Source: Octopus vulgaris
Lineage: Eukaryota
Length of the DNA stretch: 64,000 bases
Direction: 5' to 3'
NCBI GenBank assembly: GCA_951406725.2
Contig: OX597817.1
Span: 143,592,001 to 143,656,000 of the forward strand
The notes below the pieces were generated by a model, which had not been told where the DNA came from, did not search any database, and was given only the letters and a program-made list of their open reading frames with translations. This document shows positions 54,229-64,000 of this stretch, one piece after another. Positions within the stretch are counted from its first letter, which is position 1; each line of letters opens with the position of its first letter. Made by a program: the position numbers and the translations under genes.

Positions 54229-54662
54229 TATATATATATAGATACTGGCTGATATATATATATATATATGGGAGTGGCTTAATAGGTGTGGGAGTGGCTG
54301 TGTGGTAAGAAGCTTGCTTCCCAACCAAATGGTTCTGGATTCAGTCCAACTGCATGACACCTTGGGTAGGTGTGTTCTGTTATAGTCTTGTGCTGATGAA
54401 AGCCTTGTGAATAGATTTGGTAAACAGAAACTGAAAGAAGCCCGTCATATATATATATGTATTTGTGCGTTTGTGTTTGTTCTCTCACTATATCACTTGA
54501 CAACTGATGCTGGTGTGTTTACATCTCTGTAAATTAGCAGTTTGGCAAAAGAGACTGATGAAATAAGTACTAAGCTTACAAAGTATAAGTTGTCGGGTTG
54601 ATTTGTTTGACTAAAGGCGGTGCTCCAGCATGGCTGCAGTCAAATGACTGAAACAAATAAAA

Positions 54663-54697
<35 letters not shown>

Positions 54698-54890
54698 TCA
54701 TTAGCCACTACACATTCTTTATTTTCTCTCCTTGTTTCTTTCTGTGTTTATTTCTGTGGAAGAGCAAAGGCTCGAAACATTAAAGACTTTTTCACTTCCT
54801 GAGCATTATACTAATATTTGTTGTCTACACCACCTGTCTTCGTCTTTTGCTTTTTTGTGAATTCTCCCTGTATATATGTATATATATATA

Positions 54891-55061
54891 TATCTGTAAA
54901 TGTAATATGTGACAATTATTCGGTAGCCAAGTTAAAACTCTGAGTTTCGGATGCTCAGGTGGAAATCCACGCCACCATCTCTTCAGTTATCTGGCCATCG
55001 GAAAAATTTCCAAGTTTTATCTTGGCTACCGAATAATTGTCACATATTACATTTACAGATA
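54891..55061. repeat. Intronic inverted repeat (about 48-bp arms) with a minus-strand hammerhead at 54931-54991
   Basis: tatctgtaaatgtaatatgtgacaattattcggtagccaag pairs with cttggctaccgaataattgtcacatattacatttacagata; minus strand reads gataa-CTGAAGA-gatg...catc-c-GAAACTC-a-GAGTT-tta. Confidence 0.85.
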
Positions 55062-55175
55062 AATTCCTCTATTTACATAATATTGAGGTCTCTTTCTTTC
55101 ATTTGTTATCTTACCGTTTTTATCAATATATATATATATATGTAAGTGATATATCTTCCTCTTGTGTTTTTGCAG

Positions 55176-55249
55176 CTGGTTGGTCTTCTGCCTACAAATT
55201 ATTACATTCTCAGTTACAAGCTAAGAAAGTAGCCTCCCTTCAAAACAAG
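55176..55249 (+). CDS. RBM17: SPF45/RBM17 coding exon 2
   Basis: tttttgcag | (S)GWSSAYKLLHSQLQAKKVASLQNK | gtttgt, compared with human GWSKNFKLLQSQLQVKK; phase 1 to 0. Confidence 0.92.
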
Positions 55250-56130
55250 GTTTGTATTATGATTATTATAAACATTTCTGTTTGGGTCACCCCTATACTT
55301 CTTGGTTCATCATCATCATTGTCACCATCGTTTCATGTCTGTTAGATAACTAGTTTTGTCTTTATTAGTTACTTACTCACCCTTGAAGGTGGCCTCTATG
55401 TGGTTGATTGATTTACAAGAAATAGCAGTCAAATCTGTTCCAGATCACATCTTAACTGTCTTGGAAAAACAAAGGGTACATTAGATAATGTAGTTCTAGA
55501 TGTCCCTGAAAAGTTGTGGTAGTCATGGTTGGAATGCCTTTGAACATATGCCTGCTCACTGAAAAATATGGCTAAGTTATTGGTTTAATACATAGGTGAA
55601 TGTATGGCTGTATGGTTAAGAAGTTTGCATTCCAACCACATGGTCCTGGGTTTAGTCCTACTGCATCGAACCTTGGACAAGTGTCTTCTACTATAGCCTT
55701 GTGAATGGATTTGGCAGACGGAAAGAAACTGAAAGAATCCCCTCATGAATGTTTGTGTCTCCTTGACATTGTATGGTAGTTGTAAATGATTGTGATTGTC
55801 ATACAAGCTGTGTCTTTCATATTCAATATTGTGTGTAGAAATGTCTGGCCCTGAGGAAATAGTTACCTTGATTGGAAACAGGTGAGGGTTAGGAACAGGA
55901 AAAGCATTCAGCTAACTATCTCAATAAACTCCTTCCAACCTATGCAAGGATGGGAAAGTATGTATGAGTGTGCGTGTGTGCGTGTTCTAATATTAGGCTT
56001 ACCAACCAATTGGTTCCAGGTTCAGCCCCACTGCGTGGCACCTTGGGCAAGTGTCTTCTACTATAGCCTTGGGCCGACTAAAGCCTTGTGAGTGGATTTG
56101 GTAGACAGAAACTGAAAGAAGCCTGTCGTA

Positions 56131-56211
<81 letters not shown>

Positions 56212-56588
56212 ATATGTTTGTGTGTCTGTATTTGTCCTCCTAACATCACTTGACAACCGATGCTGATGTGTTTACGTCCCTGTAACTTAGCAGTTCGGCA
56301 AAAGACACTGATAGAGTAAGTACTAGGCTTGCAAAGAATAAGTCCTGGGGTCGATTTGCTTGACTAAAGGCAGTGCTCCAGCATGGCCACAGTCAAATCA
56401 CTAAAACAAGTAAAAGAGTAAATATTGAAAGAAAATATTGAGATTTAAAAAGGAATCCAAGTTAGTTTCCAGTTCATGTTTGTTGGATATTTCATCTTAT
56501 GTTCCTTTTTCTTCCCCCCCAAGTTATTGCTATTTTTCTGTTCATAATTATATTGTTGTTGTTGTTCATTTTATTTTGTTGTTTACAG

Positions 56589-56687
56589 CGACAGAAACAG
56601 ACACCGACTATGGCACCTGTTGTGGACCTAAAAAGACACGCTGACCTTACTGATCAACCTCTACATTTTAACCAACAGACTGGTCGC
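56589..56687 (+). CDS. RBM17: SPF45/RBM17 coding exon 3
   Basis: tttacag | RQKQTPTMAPVVDLKRHADLTDQPLHFNQQTGR | gtaagt, compared with human LAPVIDLKR; phase 0 to 0. Confidence 0.92.
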
Positions 56688-57459
56688 GTAAGTATTACAT
56701 CATCATCATCGTCATCGTTTAACATCCGTTTTCCATGCTATCATGGGTTGGACGGTTCGACCGGGGTCTGGGAAGCCCGAAGGCTGCACCAGGCTCCAGT
56801 CTGATCTGGCAGTGTTTCTACAGCTGAATCCCCTTCATAACGCCAGCCACTCCGTGAATGTAGTGGGTGCTTTTTACATGTCACTGGCACAGGCCAGATG
56901 AAGCTGGCTATGTCCACGATCAGTTGGTGCTTTTTATGTGCCACCGGCACAGACGCCAGTCAAGGTGGCACTGGCATCAGCCACGTTTGGATGGTGAATG
57001 TATGGCTGTGTGGTATCACAACTACAATTTCCATTTGATTTTTATATTGATGTTGATATGCTTGACTCAATAGGTCTCCTCAAGCACAGCAGGTCACCCT
57101 ACGATCCAAGATAAGCACAGCAGGCTGTCCCACCAGCCATGAACTCACTTAAAACTGATGAAGAAACACTGGGCTCCCCCAATGATTGTGCACCAATTAA
57201 ATGTGCAGCTTTTCATGTCCCCCTAATTAATTTATTCTTCTTTGTTAATGATGTTAATAAGCAAAGGAATCCTAACGCCTCTAATTGTTCTATCATTATC
57301 CTGTCTACCTATCTTGACTGCGCCAAATTCAATCCTGCTTCTACACACACACACACACAGACAGAGTTACAATGACTGTGGCTTATCTTACATAAAAGTC
57401 TTACTGCTGCTTGCTTTGTGCATCATTATTTAATTCCTTGTTTAAGGAGTAGACAACCA

Positions 57460-57528
<69 letters not shown>

Positions 57529-57930
57529 AACTGGCCTGCCTGCCTGCCTAGCTAGCAGGGTGATATTATTTGAAGGCTGAAACAAGTTAAGGAAGTGCAT
57601 TGTAATCAGTGGTGTATAACAGCATCCGATAGTCTGGTCGATATTGTGATGTGTCCCCCCCACCACTGCTTGACAACCGATGTTGGTGTGTTTATATCTC
57701 TATAACTTAGCAGTTCGGCTAAAGACATTAATAGAATAAGTACTAAGCTTAAATAAAATAAGTACTGGGTTCAATTTGTTTGACTAATAATTCTTCAAGG
57801 CAGTGCTCCAGTATGGCCGCAGACCAAGTAATAAAAGATAAAATAGCTATAATTTTCGTATTGCAAAGATTATTGGTGTGTCTGTGATGGGGGAATTAAA
57901 GTGATGTATTTCATTTCATTTTCTTTTCAG

Positions 57931-58130
57931 TTAGAACGAGGCCCTCCTGCTTCCTTGGGGAGCTCACCGTTTATAGCATCAGAACCTGTTCCATCACTAA
58001 CAGGGGTCACAGACGAGTATGATCCTTTAAGACCCAACGAATATGAAGAAATTGTGAAAAAGAGAAGGGAACAGAGACAGAAGGAGCGTGAGGAAGAAAA
58101 AATAAAGAAAGATAAAGACCGTGATGAAAG
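57931..58130 (+). CDS. RBM17: SPF45/RBM17 coding exon 4 (SPF45 motif and coiled coil)
   Basis: ttttcag | LERGPP...DEYDPLRPNEYEEIVKKRREQRQKERE... | gtatgt, compared with human DEYDPMFPNDYEKVVKRQREERQ; phase 0 to 2. Confidence 0.95.
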
Positions 58131-58901
58131 GTATGTGTCTATATATGGGCATGTGTATATATATGTGTATGTATGTGTGTGTGCTCGCCACCTTTCAATA
58201 ATAAATGTTTTTTTCTGCTGTAGGCACAAGCCCTAAAATTTTTGGGGAAGGGAGCCAGTCGATTAGATTGACCCCAGTATGCAACTGGTACTTAATTTAT
58301 TGATCCTGAAAGGACGAAAGGCAAAGTCGATCTTGGTGCAATTTGAACTCAGAACGTAAAGACAGATGAAATACCACTAAGCATTTTGCCCGGCCCTGTC
58401 ATGTAAGGGACATCAGCTGGACAATGCAGTTTTTAGTTTGTTACACATTCATCGTTAATTGAGTACCCTTCATTTTAATGCCACCGTGAAATTGTGTTTA
58501 TTGCCAGTGCCGCCTGACTGGCCCTCGTGCCAGTGGCATGTAAAAGCACTCACTACACTCTCGGAGTGGTTGGCATTAGGAAGGGCATCCGGCTGTAGAA
58601 ACTCTGTCAGATCAGATTGGAGCCTAGTGCGGCCATCTGGTTTGCCAGTCCTTAGTCAAAACATCCAACCCATGCTAGCATGGAAAACAGACGTTAAACG
58701 ATGATGATGATGAACAATCCAAAGTGCTGGTTATGTCCCATTGTGTGATACCTTGGGCAAGTGTCTTCAATTCTAAACCTGGGCCAAACAAAGCTCTGTG
58801 AGTGAAATTAGAAGATGGAAACGCAAAGTAGCCTGTTGTATGCATGTGTGTGTGTGTGTGTTTTATAAATACTTATGGATCTCTTTCAATAATGATTACA
58901 G

Positions 58902-59062
58902 TGTTACTTTGCCAAGCCGAGGAACACCAACCTGGCCAGAACCTCCACCACCACCTCCGCCTCCTATTGTTAACACACCAGAACCAACCAGTGAAATGGA
59001 GCGGGGAAGGAGACGAGAGGAGGAGAACGAGGAAGAAGAGGAATATGAAAAACCCAAACGTC
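58902..59062 (+). CDS. RBM17: SPF45/RBM17 coding exon 5 (proline-rich and acidic)
   Basis: gattacag | (S)VTLPSRGTPTWPEPPPPPPPPIVNTPEPTSEMERGRRREEENEEEEEYEKPKR | gtaagt; phase 2 to 1 fits both neighbours. Confidence 0.82.
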
Positions 59063-60029
59063 GTAAGTTGCCTTTATTTAAATATAAAAAACAGAAGCCA
59101 TTTTATTTACACGGCACTCTGTCTTTTCATCATCACTGCCCCACCCTCCAACACCAACACCACCACCATTGTCATCATCATCATCATCATTGCTAGCATT
59201 GACCATTTTCATCATTGTTATTCTCATCATCTTCATCATATCTCCAGTAGCACCTTGATGATGATGATGATGAGATCATGGCTGTGTCATTAAGAAGTTC
59301 GTTTCACAACTATGTTGTTTTGTGTTCAATCCTAATGCTCAGAAACGGAGGATTTTGGAGGATTCTTTTACACTGATGATGCTCCTAGCTTTGATACTGA
59401 AGAGTACTGATGTTAACGGGCTGGAACATGTTTCTTTATTACCAGCTTCTCACTCGCCACCACCACCACCATCATCACACTGCCACTGCTCTCATCACCC
59501 TCTCCTTCTATTACTGCTGTCATCCTCACCCCTCCACCTCTACTGTCATTATTGTTACTTCTACCACCACCACCACCTTTATGATCATCACTTTTCTTTT
59601 CCTTGTCTGTGCCTTGTTCTCATAATCTTGCTTTTAAAATCTCACCATTTTTAGATCTAGTCTGATATTTTGATACCAACCTGCCCCAAGTTCTAGAACC
59701 AACCTGGTTCTACGATACAAACTTCCTCTTTTAAAATGATCCAAATTCAAACTTTTCCATCAAAATTCCTAATTAATTTATATTCCAAACCTCAACTTCA
59801 TAAAGGTACAAATTATTTTGCTAAATTCTTCATTATTTAAATAATTAAATTTTAACAACATCAGTATTTTACAACAGAAATATGGTAAGAAAATGGTTGA
59901 TTAATTATAAAAAAAAAAAGAAGTCACTGGATAAGCTTTAATTGAATATTTTTCTGTGTAAAAATTTATGTATTTAAAGTATGGTATTTACTTGTGTATA
60001 AGTTGCACCTTTAATTATTCCAATATTCA

Positions 60030-60412
60030 TGGTGCTCTGTCAGTTATGACGACGAGGGTTCCAGTTGATCCGATCAATGGAACAGCCTGCTTGTGAAATT
60101 AACATGCAAGTGGCTGAGCAATCCACAAACACGAGTACCCTTGATATAGTTCTCGGGGAGATTCAGTGTGACACAGAGTGTGACAAGGCTGCCCCCTTTG
60201 AAATACAGGTACAACAGAAACTAGAAGAGAGAGTGAGAGAAAGTTGTGGTGAAAGAGTACAGCAGGGTTCACCACCACCCCCTGCTGGAATCTCGTGGAG
60301 CTTTTAGGTGTTTTCGTTCAATAAGCACTCACAACACCTGGTCTGGGAATCGAAACCTCAATCCTACGACCACGAGTTCGCTGCTCTAACCACTGGGCCA
60401 TTGCACCTCCAC
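60030..60412 (-). mobile_element. Family C SINE in an RBM17 intron
   Basis: Reverse complement of ggaggtgcaatggcccagtggttagagcagcgaactcg... Confidence 0.8.
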
Positions 60413-60866
60413 TATTCCAATATACTCAATGGTGCAATTAAAAAAATTATAAGAAAATTTAAAACCCTAAAGATCATCATTGTCATTGTTTAACGTCTGT
60501 TTTCCATGCTGGCATGAGTTGGACAGGTACTGGCATCAGCCATATCCGGACGGTGCTTTTTACTTGCCACCAACACGGGAGCCAATGCTCAATTATTTCA
60601 CATAGATATTCAATGGGGGATCTCAAAATTTCTTGCTCTTCATACATTCAAACTTGCCCTGTATATCAGTTACAGCACTGTCTTCCCAACGAAAACAAAT
60701 TATACAATAATGCAATGTATACACAAGTAAATGCAATCGGTTAGTGTTGTTTGACATTTGTTTATGGAATGAAAGATGTTGAGGTGTTGTACATGATTTC
60801 TAAATTGCTACTATTTCTGTTAATACAACATGTTATATGTATTTTCTTGTTTGTCTTTATAACCAG

Positions 60867-60935
60867 CTGCCTCTGGAGTGGCCATACCTCCACCCATATC
60901 CCTTATTGAAGAAGACACAGTAGCTAATCCAGAAG
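60867..60935 (+). CDS. RBM17: SPF45/RBM17 coding exon 6; the gene continues beyond the window (G-patch and UHM exons not seen)
   Basis: ttataaccag | (P)ASGVAIPPPISLIEEDTVANPE | gtgagt, compared with human GGAAIAPPTSLVE; phase 1 to 1. Confidence 0.88.
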
Positions 60936-61460
60936 GTGAGTGACCAAAATATTTTGTTCTGTTTTACAATGAGGTTTACTAGTTGTTGTTGGTGTTGTTG
61001 TTTAGACCTGAGCAAGCCTATGATCAGAGCTATTCCAGCCATGCCCATCCTGTTTTTTTTTTAATTTCAAGGATTACATTGTTTCAGTGTATCTTATAGA
61101 CAGGATGTTAGGATGTGTTTTGAGAGGCTTTTGGCTTCTATTTCTAGTAGCCTGAGTGGCTGCATATATATGTTCTTTCTCTGACTCCTCTTCAAGTATT
61201 CAATCTGTTACTGCCACGTTATATATATGTGTATGTGTGTCAGAGTATAAATATATGTATGTGTGTGTGTATACTCTTTTACTTGCTTCAGTCATTTGAC
61301 TGTGGCCATGCTGGTACACCGCCTTTAGTCAAGCAAATTGACCCCAGGACTTATTCTTTGTAATCCTAGTACTTATTCTATCAGTCTCTTTTGCTGAACC
61401 GCTAAGTCACGGGGATGTAAACACACTAGCATTGGTTGTCAAGCGCTGTTGGGGGGACAA

Positions 61461-61491
<31 letters not shown>

Positions 61492-64000
61492 CATATATAT
61501 GACGGGCTTCTTTCAGTTTCCGTCTACCAAATCCCCTCACAAGGCTTTGGTTGGCCCGAGTCTATAGTAGAAGACACTTGCCCAACATGCCACACAATGG
61601 GACTGAACCTTGAACCATGTGGTTTGTAAGCAAGCTACTTACCACACAGCGACTCCTGTACCTGCTTACCATACAGCCACTCCTGCATGTATGAATCATT
61701 GTCACTGTTTAACGTGTGCCTTCCATGCTGGCGTGGGTGGGGCGGTTTGACTGGAGCCAGCCAGGCAGAAGCCTGCACCAGACTTCTGTGACTGTTTTGG
61801 CAAGATTCTTACAGCTGGATACCCTTCGTAACCCCATCCACCCAGCAGAGTGGACTTAGTGCTTTTTACGTGACACAAGCACAGGCGAAGTCAGTTTTGG
61901 CAAGGTTTTTATGACTGGTTGCCCTTCTTAACACCAACCACTTTACAGTGTGGACTGGGTGCTTTTTAAGTGGCACCTGCACTGACAGTGTCACCAAGTA
62001 CCTTGCAAGACAAAAATGGGGCATTGGAGGAGGTGATCTTGTGTCAGATGATGAAAGGTTATAGTGAGACAGAAAGAGAGAAACAGGTTTCTTGGAGGTT
62101 CAAGGTTACCTGGCCAGAGAGAGAGAGAGAGAGAGATCAAGGATGAATATGAATGTGTGTGTGTATTTCTTATTTGTGTTTGCTCTAGTGACATAACTGC
62201 CCCTGCATGCATTAAGTACTCTTTTTTGTGCTTGTGTACCCAGATGTGAGTGCATGTATGTCTGTGTCCCCTCGTTCTGACACTGCTTGATAGTCGTAAA
62301 TGAGTGTCACTGTCATACAAGCAGTGTCATTCATTTTCCATCTTCTGTAACCAAAAAAAAACTACATGCCTGGCTATGGAGAAATATTAGTTTTAAATTT
62401 TGGCACAAGGCCAGCAATTTCAGGCAAGGGTACTAAGTCAATTACATCGAGCCCCACCCAATGCTCAACTGGTACTTAATTTATCGACCCTGAAAAAGTG
62501 AAAGGGGAAGTTGACCTCAATGGAATTTGAACTCGGAACATAAAGACAAATGAAATGCCTCTAAGCATTTTGCTCAGCGTGCTGACGATTCTGCAGAATC
62601 GGCAGCCCTGGGCTGCTGTGGGGAAATATTACCTCAGCTGGAAACAGATGAAGATCGGTAGCAAAAAGAGCATGAAGCTGTAGAAAATCTGCCTCAACAA
62701 ATTCCGTGTGACCCATGGAAAAGTGGACATTGAATGATTATGCTGTGTGCATGTATTGACACCTATGTGTGTGTGTGTTTATCATCATGTTCCAGCATTG
62801 TTTTAATATCTACATTCCCATGCTGGTGTGGGCCAGAATGGGATACATTGAGGCAAATATTTCTGCTGCTGGAAATATTTCCTTATGGCCAGACATGTTT
62901 TCATGGAAGATTGGAAATAATGGATACCACTTGTGCAACAGCAATATTCATTTACAATTATCATGTGATGTGATGTCAAAACAAGTGACAGAAACATACA
63001 CCTCCATGCACACATGCACCCCCACACACATGCATACACATCATCATCGTTTAATGTCTGCTTTCCATGCTGGCATAGGTTGGATGGTTTGACAGAGTAC
63101 TCGTAAGCCGGGAGGCTGCACCTGGCTCCAATTTGATTTGACAAGGTTCCTACAGCTGGATGCCCTTCCTAATGCCAATCACTCCAAGAGTGTAGTGGGT
63201 GCTTTTTACGTGCCACCAGCATGGGAGCCAGTCAGGCGGCACTGGCATCGACCATGCTCAAATGGTGCTGTTTACGTTCCACCGACCAGGAGCCAGTCAG
63301 GGGGCACTGGCAATGACCATGCTCAAATGGTGCTTTTTATGTGCCACCTGCTCAGGAGCCAATCAGGGGGCACTGGCAATGACCATGCTTGAATGGTGCT
63401 TTTTACTGTGTGTGTGTATGATTAGCTTCTTACAGTTTCTAACTAGCAAATTAATTTACAAGGCTTTAGTTGGCTTGTGGCTATAATAGATGATGCTTGC
63501 CCAAGGTGCCATTCGGTGGGACAGAACCTGAAACTATGTGTTTGGGAGGCAAACTTCTTAACTACACAGTCATGCCTCTCTATGTGTGCTAAATATTGGT
63601 GAGTGATGATCATATCTGTGTTAACCAAAATATCTTGTGTTTAGTTCAAATTATGTCCCTTCATGCCAAAGTAGATTTAGTCACCTGACAGAGATTGGTA
63701 AAATAACGACTGGAACTGAGGTTGATATGATTAAAAAAAAAAACATAGAAGAAAATACCTCAAAGTCTGAGACCAAGCACTGATAAGCCGTGGCTGATGC
63801 TGGTGTCACATAACTGGCACCTGTGCTGGTAGCATGTAAAAAGTGCCTTTTGAGCGTTGGGCCTCATGGAGGCAAAATGGCTGAGTTCCTTTTGAGTGTT
63901 GGCTCCATGGAGGCAATGATGAATGACAGACCTTTGGCATTATGTTGTGCTTGAGAAGAAGACCCAGGAAGCCAAGTAAAATCGCAGTCGTGGAAAATAC

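Overview
Repeat-dense, AT-rich eukaryotic DNA, most likely a cephalopod (octopus-type) genome. This is inferred from the tRNA-derived SINE families, the RTE-type LINE tails ending in (GAT)n and the very high microsatellite load. One host gene is recognisable: the 5' part of splicing factor 45 (RBM17/SPF45) on the + strand, with six phase-consistent coding exons from 51083 to 60935 and a candidate non-coding first exon/promoter near 48800; the gene continues beyond the window. The rest is a nested mix of RTE LINEs, R4/Dong-like fragments, a Penelope-like element, mariner fossils, MITEs, Helitron-like elements and three SINE families. Almost all ORF-track entries are microsatellite artefacts. 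The most notable signal is about a dozen minimal type-I hammerhead ribozyme motifs, several inside (TA)n-flanked fold-back elements. They include apparent natural G3-C8 and U3-A8 compensatory variants of the core C3-G8 pair, and a near-perfect 280-bp hairpin with a hammerhead in each arm. All calls were made by eye; no searches or folding programs were run, and repeat boundaries are approximate.
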